From an uncultured Pseudomonadota bacterium (lineage in GTDB: Bacteria > Oederibacteriota > Muellerivitia > Muellerivitales > Muellerivitaceae), in the NCBI GenBank assembly GCA_963770835.1, contig CAVYRH010000004.1:672001-736000 (forward strand): a stretch of DNA of 64,000 bases. The letters run 5' to 3'. Within the stretch, counting starts at the first letter, position 1. Each line of letters starts with the position of its first letter. The notes beneath the pieces were generated by a model. It was not told where the DNA came from and did no database searches. It was given only the letters and a program-made list of their open reading frames with translations. Shown here in pieces: positions 38,470 to 48,194 of the stretch. The position numbers and the translations under genes were made by a program.

Positions 38470-38765
38470 TTATACCTCGGAATTTAGGGAAAACACGCGT
38501 GAAGAATATACACCCGACCTGAAAAAAATAAGAAAGGGAAACGACGGCTTTCCTTGGACATTTTCCTCTATTTCTCATCCACTCGAACGAATGGTTCCCG
38601 GATTTGGTATTGAACGTCGCTTCGCGCTCAAAGGGTAAAACCCCTGTGAACCCCTTCTGGAAGCCAGGGAGGAACCTCTGCTCCTTTCTGAAACCCGCCT
38701 CAACCCGGAGAAATATATAAAAAGAAAAAGGGCCACGCTTTATAGGCGATGGCCCTTTGTTTATC

Positions 38766-38840
38766 TGGCTCCCCGGGTTGGACTCGAACCAACAACCCTG
38801 CGATTAACAGTCGCATGCTCCACCATTGAGCTACCGGGGA
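38766..38840 (-). tRNA. tRNA-Asn (GTT)
   Basis: Cloverleaf TCCCCGG...CCGGGGAGCCA, anticodon loop CT-GTT-AA, GTTCGA T-loop. Confidence 0.95.
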
Positions 38841-38961
38841 ATTTTCCCGAAAACACGGGAGTTTTAAGTTGTATGAAGGGGCAACAAAAAACCCCGAAAG
38901 CCAAAGGCTTTTGGGGGAAAGCTAGTCTAATGTACCATTCACAAAAGTCAAGTTTTCCAAC

Positions 38962-39996
38962 TCAGCCAGTTGTTCCATTTCCCCACGGATTCCAGTCCAT
39001 TCCCTCCGGTAGGTTCGGCTTCGTACCCTTTTGGTAGGCCTCAATCATTAGGTCCTCAAAACGGTCTTCTTCAACTTTCTTTAGTTTGCCGGTTTCTTCC
39101 ATCCAGGCTACCTGTCGGCGGAAAGTCTCGACCAGGGGGATGGTGGTCTTGAATCCCAAATCCCGGGCGGCTTTGGAATTGTCAAAGACCGAGGGGTATT
39201 GGTAAATGTACTTCACCCCAACGGCCCGGTGAGGTGCCTGGGTGTAAAGCCAGTCGGTCGGGATATAGATAGGGTTAAACTTGCCGCCGACCGCTTTGGC
39301 CAGTTCGGTGAAAACGCCGTTCCAGTCCGTGTGTTCATCGCTGGTCAAGTGATAGGCCTGACCATAGGCCTTGGGGTTCAAGAGGCAGTTCACGAAACCC
39401 TTCGCCACGTCCGACACGTGGGCAATGGCCCAGGCCGCCCTGCCGTCATCTATGAGGATGACCGGTAAACCTTTCCGCATACGGTTGGGCAGGCTGTCGT
39501 CAAAGAGGATGCCGGAAGCCGTCGTCCCCTCACCGGTGGTAAAGGATGGGCGCAGGACGGTGGTGTGCAGGCCGTCCTTGCTGTCAGTGGAAAGCAGAAT
39601 GGATTCAATCTTAGACTTGTTCTTGCCGTAATCGCCCACGGGCCGGTGGGGCTCATCATCGGTGGCTGGGAGCTTGGTCATGGGCCCGCCATAGACGCAA
39701 ACCGTGGAACAGACCACGATGTGCTTCACGTGGCCGGTGAAAGCCCGAAGGACCGATTCGGCGTTTTCGGGCGCGAAAGCCACCATGTCGATGACCGCGT
39801 CGAAACTTAAATCCCTCATTTGTTTCTCAAACACCGGGTAATCCCAACGGTTGCCCTTGATCTCCTTCACGGTCTTGGGGATGCGCGAGGGCGTTACGCC
39901 CCGGTTGTAAACCGTTACGTCATCGCCCCGTTCCACTAACTGATTCACGATAGCCGTGGAGATAAGCCCTGTGCCGCCGATTAAAAGAACTTTCAT
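38962..39996 (-). CDS. NAD-dependent epimerase/dehydratase family protein
   Basis: VLLIGGTGLIS, YNRG, YGKNK. Confidence 0.85.
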   Translation of the reverse strand: MKVLLIGGTGLISTAIVNQLVERGDDVTVYNRGVTPSRIPKTVKEIKGNRWDYPVFEKQMRDLSFDAVIDMVAFAPENAESVLRAFTGHVKHIVVCSTVCVYGGPMTKLPATDDEPHRPVGDYGKNKSKIESILLSTDSKDGLHTTVLRPSFTTGEGTTASGILFDDSLPNRMRKGLPVILIDDGRAAWAIAHVSDVAKGFVNCLLNPKAYGQAYHLTSDEHTDWNGVFTELAKAVGGKFNPIYIPTDWLYTQAPHRAVGVKYIYQYPSVFDNSKAARDLGFKTTIPLVETFRRQVAWMEETGKLKKVEEDRFEDLMIEAYQKGTKPNLPEGMDWNPWGNGTTG

Positions 39997-40039
39997 GGGT
40001 CCTCTTTTCATGGGAAAAATTAACCTCCATCCAATCCGG

Positions 40040-42205
40040 TCAGTCTTTAAGGCGCCGTAAAAAATAATACTCGTTATAAGGATGGTCGTTGGTAATCACA
40101 AGGTGAGGGTCGGGATTTAAAAGAGTCGAAAGGGAGATCTCATGGGAAAGAAACGAATCCAGAAGGTGCTGGGGAGGTGTGGCAGGGCACCATTCCACCA
40201 AATCCCGCCGAGCGAGTGGCGGAATTTTGGGGGCCAGTTGGCCGGCTGTGAGGCTGGGCAAGGGTGACTCGGAGGCCAGGAAGTGGAAGCCATAATCCCG
40301 AGAGCCGAAAATCTTGACGCAAGGAAACGCCAGGGCCAGGGATCGCGCGATGGCCTGGATGGTAGCGTATTCCCCTGCTGGGGCCCATTGCTGCAGGATT
40401 CCCCCTTCCCGAAGATGGGATTTCGCCAATCGGTAAAACTCAGTCGAATAAAGGAGGCTGGAACCGGCCGCCTCCAAGGGTGGAGGGGGATCGATGGTGA
40501 TTAAGTCGTAGCTTTCCCGGCTGCGCTGGAGGAAGCGTTTACCGTCGTCAATGACCACGTTGCAATTAGGTTTGGCAAGGATTTGCGCCGCGTCATCGTA
40601 GTAATACCCAAAGGCCCTGGGGACGCAGGGAACCAAGTCCACGGCGGTGACCCGGATATTCCAACTGGCCAGGGACCGAAAAGTGGTCCCCATGCCGAAA
40701 CAGATATCAAGCGCGGAACGGGGGGGATGGGGAAGGAAAGCGAGGGGGAGATGTGCCATCATTTTCGTGGGTTGGACCATGGCCGTCATTCCAATGCCGT
40801 TCACGAAAAGGTCTTTGCTTAAGCCGCTGCCGCAGGAGACAACCGTGGCGGTGTAATCGCGGCGGATGACGTAGGAAGAATAATAGAAACCGAAAATTTC
40901 CTCGTAATCACCGGCCCAAAAGAGGGAAATAAAAAAAAGGGCATATCCCATTCCCCCTAAGATCCAGGCGGGGAGATTTTTCCAGCGGATTTCCGCGAGG
41001 CTCTGGAGGAGGAAAAAAGAGAATGGGAGGGCAAGCAAAACCAGGGACAGTTTGACGCCCAGTATGGGAAGTAGAAAATAGGAGGCGATCAAGGGGCCCA
41101 GGATACAGCCCAACACATTGATCGCGTAGGCCCGTGAGGCTTTTTCAGGATCGCCCATGGAAAACCGGTCTACCAGGCGGGGGGTCAGGTATCCCAGCAC
41201 GCTGCAAAAGGGCACGATGCTGAGGAGGACGCCTGGGATCGAAAATTGGATCCGCCTGTCATTCAACACCACCGTCAAAAGGGCGGAGGTAAAGCAGAGG
41301 CCCAACAATGGGGGGAGGGAAAGGACGGTTCCTTTCCGGTAATGCCGGCGGTAAAGCCATGATCCAACGAAAGTGGAAAGAAGGTAGGCGAAAAGGATAG
41401 AAGCATAGGAGTAAACCTGGGTTTTCAGGACCACTGTAAAATCCCTGGTCCAAACCACTTCCATGGCCATTGAAGTGAAGCCTGTCGTGAAAAGGATCCA
41501 AAGGGGGTGGGATGAAACCGGCCCGGCCTTAGGGACCGCTCGGCCGGGCGAAGCCTGCGAAGGGGAGGCGGACAAAGCGGTACGCCCTGCTAGAACTTTG
41601 GCCGATAGGGCGATGGAAGTATTCAACCCGGCCGCAACCCAAAGAGTGCCGTGAAACCCTAGTATTTCAACGAGGAGGGGAGTCGCCAGGGTGCCGGACA
41701 TGGCACCCAATACATTCGCCGTATAAAGAAAACTGAAACTATCCTTGGATCCCCTGGATTTTCGCAGAAAGGCCATCATCAATGGGAAGGTGGCTCCCAT
41801 GCAGAAACACCAGGGAAGAAGGGAAAGGAAGAGGACGACCGCCGAAAAAAACAGATAACGGGTGGAATCGGCAGCGCCCAACGGAAGCAGGAGGATTTCC
41901 CCCAAACCGAATAGGGAGGGAACGACAAAGCCGCCCAGGCCGATCAATCCCTCGGAAAGAGCGTAATACCGGAGGAAGTCCCCCGCCGAAGCCCGGGGGT
42001 GCCCGGAAACGAACCGGCCGCCCCACCAAGAACCCAAGGCCAGGCCTGCCATGAAGACCGAGAGGACCGCCGACAGGACGGGCGTCGTGATACCGAAGGA
42101 GGCGAAGGCCAGCCGAATCCAGACAATTTGGTAGAGAAGACTGCAAAAACCGGAGACGAAGAAGAAGCCGAAGAGCAGCTTTGGAACGGAAGGTGAAGGT
42201 TTCAA
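40040..42205 (-). CDS. Fused membrane domain / spermidine synthase-like methyltransferase
   Basis: SGFCSLLYQIVW TM repeats; ICFGMGTT, DDGK, YDLITIDPPPP. Confidence 0.85.
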   Translation of the reverse strand: MKPSPSVPKLLFGFFFVSGFCSLLYQIVWIRLAFASFGITTPVLSAVLSVFMAGLALGSWWGGRFVSGHPRASAGDFLRYYALSEGLIGLGGFVVPSLFGLGEILLLPLGAADSTRYLFFSAVVLFLSLLPWCFCMGATFPLMMAFLRKSRGSKDSFSFLYTANVLGAMSGTLATPLLVEILGFHGTLWVAAGLNTSIALSAKVLAGRTALSASPSQASPGRAVPKAGPVSSHPLWILFTTGFTSMAMEVVWTRDFTVVLKTQVYSYASILFAYLLSTFVGSWLYRRHYRKGTVLSLPPLLGLCFTSALLTVVLNDRRIQFSIPGVLLSIVPFCSVLGYLTPRLVDRFSMGDPEKASRAYAINVLGCILGPLIASYFLLPILGVKLSLVLLALPFSFFLLQSLAEIRWKNLPAWILGGMGYALFFISLFWAGDYEEIFGFYYSSYVIRRDYTATVVSCGSGLSKDLFVNGIGMTAMVQPTKMMAHLPLAFLPHPPRSALDICFGMGTTFRSLASWNIRVTAVDLVPCVPRAFGYYYDDAAQILAKPNCNVVIDDGKRFLQRSRESYDLITIDPPPPLEAAGSSLLYSTEFYRLAKSHLREGGILQQWAPAGEYATIQAIARSLALAFPCVKIFGSRDYGFHFLASESPLPSLTAGQLAPKIPPLARRDLVEWCPATPPQHLLDSFLSHEISLSTLLNPDPHLVITNDHPYNEYYFLRRLKD

Positions 42206-42435
42206 AAAGGTCCTTGGATTTGAAAAAGGGTCTTCGGCTGGTTCCGGCCGCGGGACAATCTGGAATTTGAACCGGATAGAGACTTTTGAAATTCTATCAG
42301 TAATTACAGGCGGGAAAAAGGCTCTTTTGAAGGCCTTGGAGACAGAGGAAGAAAGGGCGGAAGGGAGTAACCTGAATGCGGTGGGAATAAAGAAAAACCC
42401 AGGGGCGGTTAACCCGCCCCTGGGTCTCAGCCGGA

Positions 42436-42729
42436 TTAAAACCGTCCGTGGTCGCGGTCAAAGCGGTGGTCGTTATACCGGTGATAGCGGTCGTAAGCGA
42501 CACGGTCATAATGGAACCGGTAAAAGCGGTCCCAATCCGCCCGGCTGTAGTAATGCCCGCTGTACCAGCAATAGATACCCGGCCGACCGAAGACCAGGCG
42601 CACGCCCGGGAAAGAAACTGCCGCAGCTACTGGGGCAACCGGAGAGACGTAAACCACCGCCGCAGCGGAAGCAATTCCAGTCGAACCCAGCAAAACCAGC
42701 AAACCTAAAACCAACGTTAGCTTTTTCAT
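42436..42729 (-). CDS. Small secreted Arg/Tyr/His/Asp-rich protein
   Basis: Signal peptide LGSTGIASA, AAGGAG RBS, downstream GC hairpin followed by a T tract (42393-42425). Confidence 0.7.
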   Translation of the reverse strand: MKKLTLVLGLLVLLGSTGIASAAAVVYVSPVAPVAAAVSFPGVRLVFGRPGIYCWYSGHYYSRADWDRFYRFHYDRVAYDRYHRYNDHRFDRDHGRF

Positions 42730-42889
42730 TGTTTTTCTCCTTTGCGGCCTTATTTCGGCCTTTGCAAATAAGACGAGAGAAGGGGCCTTGCGGGTTTCAT
42801 GGAAAAATAAGGGATTTTGAAAAATAAATTTTTAGGAGAGCGGCACTTTTATTTGAACAGTGCCAAATCAAGAAGGCGCGAAAGGCGGG

Positions 42890-43492
42890 CTATAGTTCTC
42901 TTCGACCCTCGAGAGCCTTCAATAGGGTTGTCTCGTCCGCGTATTCCACGTCGCCGCCGGAGGGGAGTCCCCGCGCCAGACGGGTCACCTTGGAGAGAAT
43001 ACCTTTTAAGAGTTGTTGGATGTAAAGGGCGGTGGAATCCCCTTCCACCGTGGGGTCGGTGGCCACGATGACTTCCTTAAAGCTTCCGCCTTTTTTAATC
43101 CTTTCCACCAAGGCGTCCAGAGTCAAATCCTGCGGCCCCCGTCCCTCCAAAGGCGACAGCGTGCCCCCCAATACGTGGTAAAGGCCGTGATACTCATGGG
43201 TGCGCTCGAAAGCCGCGACGTCGCTCGGGTCTTCCACCACCAGCAGGGAAGTCCGGTCGCGGGTGGCTTGGGTACAGATGCGGCAAAGGGTTTCTTCCGT
43301 CAGGTTGAAACAATCCCGGCAGGGGTGGAGCTTGGTGCGGGCCTCCACCAGGGCGGAGGCCAGCGCTTTGGAAGTTTCCGTAGGCTGCTTCAACAGGTGA
43401 AACGCCAGGCGCTGGGCCGTGCGGGGCCCGATGCCGGGAAGCTTTTCCAATTCGTGCAGCAGCCTTTCAAGGGAAGGGGGATATTCGGCCAT
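42890..43492 (-). CDS. recR: Recombination mediator RecR
   Basis: LPGIGPRTAQR, C4 zinc finger, YHVLGG, Toprim TVEGD. Confidence 0.95.
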   Translation of the reverse strand: MAEYPPSLERLLHELEKLPGIGPRTAQRLAFHLLKQPTETSKALASALVEARTKLHPCRDCFNLTEETLCRICTQATRDRTSLLVVEDPSDVAAFERTHEYHGLYHVLGGTLSPLEGRGPQDLTLDALVERIKKGGSFKEVIVATDPTVEGDSTALYIQQLLKGILSKVTRLARGLPSGGDVEYADETTLLKALEGRREL

Positions 43493-43494
43493 TC

Positions 43495-43791
43495 TTAAAA
43501 CATTCCGGGCAAGCCCAACCCGCCGGTCATTTTCGATACTTCGGTTTTGAGCTTTTCGTTCACCTGGTGGCCGGCGTCGTTGGTGGCGGCCTGGATGAGA
43601 TCCTGCAATTTTTCAGTGTCGCCGGCGGCCTTGGGATCGATCACCACCTTTTGAATCTCGTGCTTGCCGTTCATGGTGATCGTGACAGCCCCCTCTCCGG
43701 CGGTACCCGTAAAGGACTGGGCCTCCAACTCCTTCTGAAATTGGCCCATTCTTTCCTTCAGCGCGTGGGCTTGGCGGATGATGTCGAACAT
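43495..43791 (-). CDS. ybaB: Nucleoid-associated protein YbaB/EbfC
   Basis: Sequence motifs and position in dnaX-ybaB-recR. Confidence 0.92.
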   Translation of the reverse strand: MFDIIRQAHALKERMGQFQKELEAQSFTGTAGEGAVTITMNGKHEIQKVVIDPKAAGDTEKLQDLIQAATNDAGHQVNEKLKTEVSKMTGGLGLPGMF

Positions 43792-43796
43792 TTAAA

Positions 43797-43859
43797 CTCC
43801 AGTCGGCAGCCCGCAGTCCACAGTCGACAGCTATCAACGGTGAACCGGTAACTGCCAGC
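43797..43859. repeat. Degenerate 7-bp-period tandem repeat (about 9 units)
   Basis: CTCCAGT CGGCAGC CCGCAGT CCACAGT CGACAGC TATCAAC GGTGAAC CGGTAAC TGCCAGC. Confidence 0.65.
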
Positions 43860-45577
43860 TACTTTTGGGGATTATTTCTTTTCACTTCAACGATCTTCCC
43901 ACCGAACATTTTGAGCGCGGCAGCCACGATGGGTTCTTCCTTTTCGAGTTTTTCCACGTCCACCTTCGGGGCCGAGAGGGGTTTGGGGGCACGAGGACCG
44001 GAGGGTTTCTCGGGAGAGGGGGCGCTGCTTTCGGGAAGGACGGGGACCAATGTGATCTTGCGGCCCAGGACCTCTTCCAGCAGTTTTTCCAGGAACACCT
44101 TGTTTTCCGGTTTGGAAAGCTGTTCGTGATGGAAGGGCCCCTTACAGACCAAGGTGAGGGTTCCTTCGTCGATTTTCTTGGGGCGGGTGTCGACCAAGAC
44201 GCCCTTTAAGCTGGCCTTCTGCGCGCCGACCTTTTCCAAAAACTCCTGCCACTGGGACTTCAATTTGGCCATCTCCGGGTTTTGCTCGGCCTCCACGGGT
44301 TCCTCGATCTCGTCCACCGCCAAGACCGGTTCGCCCATGGGCGCCAGTGCGGGCTTGGGCGCAAAGGAAGCTGCCCCTTCGCTGACGCTTCGGGGGGCAG
44401 GCGGCTTGTCAGTCGAAGCCTTGGCGTAGGCCGGGGAAGGTGCGCGGCCGCCCTCCACCTGTTTCAACAGGTCGCCCACGGAAATCAAGTTCTTCAAGCG
44501 ACAAAGCTCGAGAACCAATGTTTCCAAAATGACCTGGGGGTTGGCCGAGTGCCGCACGGCCCATTCCTGCTCAATGAGCAGCCGCAAGGAAGAAAGGATT
44601 TGCGCTTCCTCCATCTGGGAGGAAAGGGCGGTGAGTTTGGCGACCTCATCGGCGGACAAGGGAATCAGGGAGGCGGCGGAAGCGGGATAGGCCTTGGCCA
44701 CCGCCAGGTGCCGGAAGGTTTCCAGAAGGCCGGCGTAAAAATGCTCCAGGTCCTTACCGCCGTCGATGACGCCCTTGACCACGGCCAGGGCGGAGGGGGC
44801 GTCCTGGCTCGCAGCGGCCTCGGCCAGCTTGAGAAATACCTCTTCATCGATCGCGCCCAGGACCACGCGGATGTCCTCCAGGGTGACTTTCTTGCCGGAG
44901 AAGGCCACCAGCTGGTCCAGGTTCCTCTGAGCGTCCCGCATGGAGCCGCCGCCCGAACGGGCGACCTGGTAGAGGGCCTTGTCGTCGATTTCGATCTTCT
45001 CGGCTTCCGAAATGCGCCGCAACTGTTTCTGGAGGGTATCCAGGCCCATGGCGCGGAACTCGAAACGCTGGCAGCGGGACTGGACGGTAGCGGGAAAGGA
45101 GTGGATTTCGGTGGAGGCCAGGATGAAGACGACGTGGGCCGGGGGTTCCTCCAGAGTTTTCAGGAAGGCGTCGAAGGCGGCCTTCGAGATGCGGTGGGCT
45201 TCGTCGAAGATGTAGACCTTGTACTTGGCTTTGGCCGGGGCATTGCCCACGCGTTGCTGCAAGTCGCGGATATCATCAATGCCGTTCACGGAAGCGGCGT
45301 CGATCTCGATGATGTCCATGGACGTCCCGTTGTTGACATCCTCACAAATATCGCAGGTATTGCAGGGTTCGGTGTCCTTGGGGTTGCGGCAGTTGAGCGC
45401 CTTGGCGAAGATGCGGGCAGTGGTGGTCTTCCCCACGCCCCGAGGCCCGGCGAAGATATAGGCATGGGCCACGCGGTCGGCGCGGATGGCGTTTTGGAGG
45501 GTTCGGGTGATGTGTTCCTGGCCCACCATATCGGCGAAGACCTGGGGGCGCCATTTGAGGGCCATAACTTGGGACAT
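43859..45577 (-). CDS. dnaX: DNA polymerase III subunit gamma/tau
   Basis: KWRPQ, GPRGVGKTT, EIDAAS, LKTLEEPP, SRCQ. Confidence 0.96.
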   Translation of the reverse strand: MSQVMALKWRPQVFADMVGQEHITRTLQNAIRADRVAHAYIFAGPRGVGKTTTARIFAKALNCRNPKDTEPCNTCDICEDVNNGTSMDIIEIDAASVNGIDDIRDLQQRVGNAPAKAKYKVYIFDEAHRISKAAFDAFLKTLEEPPAHVVFILASTEIHSFPATVQSRCQRFEFRAMGLDTLQKQLRRISEAEKIEIDDKALYQVARSGGGSMRDAQRNLDQLVAFSGKKVTLEDIRVVLGAIDEEVFLKLAEAAASQDAPSALAVVKGVIDGGKDLEHFYAGLLETFRHLAVAKAYPASAASLIPLSADEVAKLTALSSQMEEAQILSSLRLLIEQEWAVRHSANPQVILETLVLELCRLKNLISVGDLLKQVEGGRAPSPAYAKASTDKPPAPRSVSEGAASFAPKPALAPMGEPVLAVDEIEEPVEAEQNPEMAKLKSQWQEFLEKVGAQKASLKGVLVDTRPKKIDEGTLTLVCKGPFHHEQLSKPENKVFLEKLLEEVLGRKITLVPVLPESSAPSPEKPSGPRAPKPLSAPKVDVEKLEKEEPIVAAALKMFGGKIVEVKRNNPQK

Positions 45578-45583
45578 CTAAAA

Positions 45584-45653
45584 CTCCAGTCTGAAGTTCG
45601 CAGTCCGCAGTTCGCAGTGAAAGACCTGAAATTTAGACCTGAGAACTTCGAAC
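45584..45653. repeat. Degenerate 7-bp-period tandem repeat upstream of dnaX
   Basis: CTCCAGT CTGAAGT TCGCAGT CCGCAGT TCGCAGT ... TGAGAAC TTCGAAC. Confidence 0.6.
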
Positions 45654-45683
45654 TCGCCGCCCGTAGGGCGGCGCTCACCCCGC

Positions 45684-45790
45684 CGTGGGAGCCAGGTTAC
45701 CTACAACACCCGAACATCGACCTGACCGTTGCTTCCTTCCGGACCTAGCGGAGTTGGGGCCGCATCGCCGTATAGGACCCGACTCCCACG
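45684..45790 (-). ncRNA. ffs: Signal recognition particle RNA (small 4.5S type)
   Basis: Minus strand AGGTCCGGAAGGAAGCA core, terminal pairing CGTGGGAG/CTCCCACG, usual position upstream of dnaX. Confidence 0.9.
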
Positions 45791-45981
45791 CCGGGGTGAC
45801 AAAACCATCGTATCGGAAGGTTTCTGTGTTTTCCATCCGTCAATGGGGAGTGAATTATAGTGTAAAAGAGGTGGAAAACGCGGGTGAAAAGAATCTTAGT
45901 AAAATCCTTTATGCTTGCGATAAAAATAAGGTTTTGGGTAATATACTCGTCCTTTCCTTAGATTTTAGGAAAGAAACTGAC

Positions 45982-46058
45982 GCGCCTGTGGCTCAACTGG
46001 ATAGAGCAACTGACTACGGATCAGTAGGTTGGGGGTTCAAATCCCTCCAGGCGCACCA
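45982..46058 (+). tRNA. tRNA-Arg (ACG)
   Basis: GCGCCTG...CAGGCGCACCA, anticodon loop CT-ACG-GA. Confidence 0.95.
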
Positions 46059-46077
46059 TCTTTCTTTATAGATAGTA

Positions 46078-46554
46078 GTGAGGTTTCAGCTGAACCACTC
46101 CCCCGAACATTTCATGCGGGAAGCTTTGAAGGAAGCCGCCAAGGCCGCCCGAAAGGGCGAAGTTCCTGTGGGTGCGGTGGTGGTGAAGGGTGGAAAGATC
46201 ATTGCCCGGGGGCATAACCTCACCGAGCAAAAACAAAGTGTCCTGACCCATGCGGAAATGATGGCCTTATCCAAGGCCTCGAAGAAACTGAAAAGCTGGC
46301 GTTTGAATGGTTGTGATTTATATGTGACCTTGGAGCCTTGTGGCATGTGCGCGGGAGCCATTGTGTTATCGAGGATCGAGAACCTTTTTTACGGGGCCGC
46401 AGATCCCAAGGCGGGGGTTGTCGAAAGTATCGCAAAGGCCCTGGAGAACCCGAAATTGAACCACCGGGTCAAAGTTACCGGCGGTATATTAAAGGAAGAA
46501 TGTTCGAAGGTTTTGAGCGATTTCTTCAAGGAAATTCGCCGCAAGGCCAAATGA
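46078..46554 (+). CDS. tadA: tRNA adenosine(34) deaminase
   Basis: GEVPVGAV, HAE, TLEPCGMC, FF..RR C-terminus (alternative start 46114). Confidence 0.92.
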   Translation: MRFQLNHSPEHFMREALKEAAKAARKGEVPVGAVVVKGGKIIARGHNLTEQKQSVLTHAEMMALSKASKKLKSWRLNGCDLYVTLEPCGMCAGAIVLSRIENLFYGAADPKAGVVESIAKALENPKLNHRVKVTGGILKEECSKVLSDFFKEIRRKAK

Positions 46555-46561
46555 CGGTTGT

Positions 46562-46637
46562 GGGGATGTAGCTCAGTTGGGAGAGCGTCTCGTTCGCAAC
46601 GAGAAGGTCGGCGGTTCGATCCCGCTCATCTCCACCA
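46562..46637 (+). tRNA. tRNA-Ala (CGC)
   Basis: GGGGATG...CATCTCCACCA with a G3-U70 pair, anticodon loop TT-CGC-AA. Confidence 0.93.
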
Positions 46638-46695
46638 ATTTTTTTGATGTGTCGTTGAGGGGAGTGAGCATTGCCTCGGCCCCTTTTTTGTTTAC

Positions 46696-46786
46696 GGAGA
46701 GATGGCCGAGCGGTCGAAGGCGCACGCCTGGAAAGCGTGTAGGCTCCAAAAGGGTCTCAAGGGTTCGAATCCCTTTCTCTCCGCCA
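46696..46786 (+). tRNA. tRNA-Ser (GGA)
   Basis: Long variable arm, anticodon loop CT-GGA-AA, GCCA end. Confidence 0.95.
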
Positions 46787-46816
46787 TTATTTTCTTTTCC
46801 GAAGCTCCCCTAAAGT

Positions 46817-47422
46817 TTACCTATCCCAAAAACCCGACAAAAGCAGGATGCCAACGACGCCGAAGGCTAAGGCGGCGATCCGCTGCAATAGGGCGGGCCG
46901 GATGAACTTCTTGGAATGGTGCCCGATCAGGACGAACATCCCGCTGGCCAGCCAAAGGGCCGAGGTGGAGGCCAGGAAAACCGTCGCCGGGTGCCCGCTG
47001 GCGGCCACCCGGGTGGCGGTGGCCAACTGGGTCAAGTCCCCCCATTCGGCGATAAAAATCACAAGGAAAGCGGACCAAACGGTTTTCCAGAAATGGTCCT
47101 TGGCCTTGAGCTTGGCTTTCCCCTCTTTTTCCTCTCCCCGGAACCACATCCAAACGGCGAAGCCTAAGAAAAGGATTCCCGCGCCCACATGCACCACGCG
47201 GTGGGGTAAAAGCGTCAGGAGGCTTCCGGCGAGGATGGCGATGAGGTTTTGGACCAGGTAGGCCCCGCAGACCCCCAGGTAGACCCCCAGGGGATGGCGC
47301 TGGCTGGACATGATCAGGACGGCGAAAGCCGTCTTATCCGGCAGTTCGGCCAAGAAGATCAGGACGAAAGTGGAAAAAAAGAGTTCCCAATCCATCCCAT
47401 GTTGGAAAAGGGTAGGCTCCAT
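46817..47422 (-). CDS. TMEM165/GDT1 (UPF0016) family cation transporter
   Basis: Two E-x-(G/P)-D-x-T motifs (AELPDKT, AEWGDLT). Confidence 0.88.
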   Translation of the reverse strand: MEPTLFQHGMDWELFFSTFVLIFLAELPDKTAFAVLIMSSQRHPLGVYLGVCGAYLVQNLIAILAGSLLTLLPHRVVHVGAGILFLGFAVWMWFRGEEKEGKAKLKAKDHFWKTVWSAFLVIFIAEWGDLTQLATATRVAASGHPATVFLASTSALWLASGMFVLIGHHSKKFIRPALLQRIAALAFGVVGILLLSGFWDR

Positions 47423-47583
47423 AGGCCGCCCATCATAGGTTCCCGGCCGCGGGGAATCACGGATTTTTCGCTCCCCCCAAGGCCATTTTGGGGGTTTGGG
47501 GTCCTGAAACCTTTTGGAACCGCCTGTCGTCTTATATGCAGCCGTTTTGGAATAGGGCTAATCCATTGGGGGAGGTGGGGAAG

Positions 47584-47808
47584 ATGAAACGTTCTTTAGC
47601 TGTCGCGCTGAGCATGCTGGTCTTGGCCGGTACATCCATGGTTTGGGCGGATTCGACTAGCCCGACCAAAACCGTTAAAACCGTGAAACACCACAAGAAG
47701 CGTAAGGTGGCTTTGAACCCCCAACCCCTTCCGCCGGCCAAAGTTCCGGTTGACGGCGCCTCCGCTGGGCCGGGAGGCAGGACGACCGGGCCCAACACCC
47801 ACCAATAA
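47584..47808 (+). CDS. Small secreted protein with a VALNPQPLPP motif
   Basis: GGAGG RBS, signal peptide ending VWA, followed by a terminator. Confidence 0.65.
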   Translation: MKRSLAVALSMLVLAGTSMVWADSTSPTKTVKTVKHHKKRKVALNPQPLPPAKVPVDGASAGPGGRTTGPNTHQ

Positions 47809-47831
47809 GTTTTCAGCGCATAAAGCAATCC

Positions 47832-47862
47832 AGGGCGTCCTCCCAAAAGGACGCCCTTTTTT
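47832..47862 (+). terminator. Intrinsic terminator
   Basis: AGGGCGTCCT/AGGACGCCCT stem plus T tract. Confidence 0.8.
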
Positions 47863-47943
47863 GTGCCCTTTGGGCATTCCTTTTTGCACGCCTAATGGTT
47901 AATCTAGTGGGAGCCGATGGATACAAAAACGAAGGGAGGAAAA

Positions 47944-48141
47944 ATGAAAAATTTATTCAGGATTTTGCTGGGCGTTTTGTTTTTAGGCAGCGCGGGTATA
48001 GCCATGGCGGACGACCACCCGGGGGATCACCCGGACGACCATCATAAAATCGTCCACAAAAAAAGACGCCATCACCCCAAGCCGGTTCATCATGACGACC
48101 ACCCCGTCGATCATCACGACGACCACCCGGACCAGCATTAA
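47944..48141 (+). CDS. Small secreted His/Asp-rich peptide
   Basis: GGAGGA RBS, signal LGSAGIAMA, repeated DDHP/DHH. Confidence 0.7.
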   Translation: MKNLFRILLGVLFLGSAGIAMADDHPGDHPDDHHKIVHKKRRHHPKPVHHDDHPVDHHDDHPDQH

Positions 48142-48162
48142 TCCTTAAGAGAAGCGGATATG

Positions 48163-48194
48163 GGGCGGAAGCCAAAAGGCTTCCGCCTTTTTTT
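48163..48194 (+). terminator. Intrinsic terminator between convergent genes
   Basis: GGCGGAAGCC/GGCTTCCGCC stem plus T tract. Confidence 0.8.

Noticed and set aside
38470..38765. Genomic island integrated at tRNA-Asn
   Set aside because: No integrase and no duplicated tRNA 3' end noticed in the window; the flanking genes are housekeeping.
44282..45748. 488-aa plus-strand ORF
   Set aside because: Antisense shadow of dnaX that also overlaps the SRP RNA.
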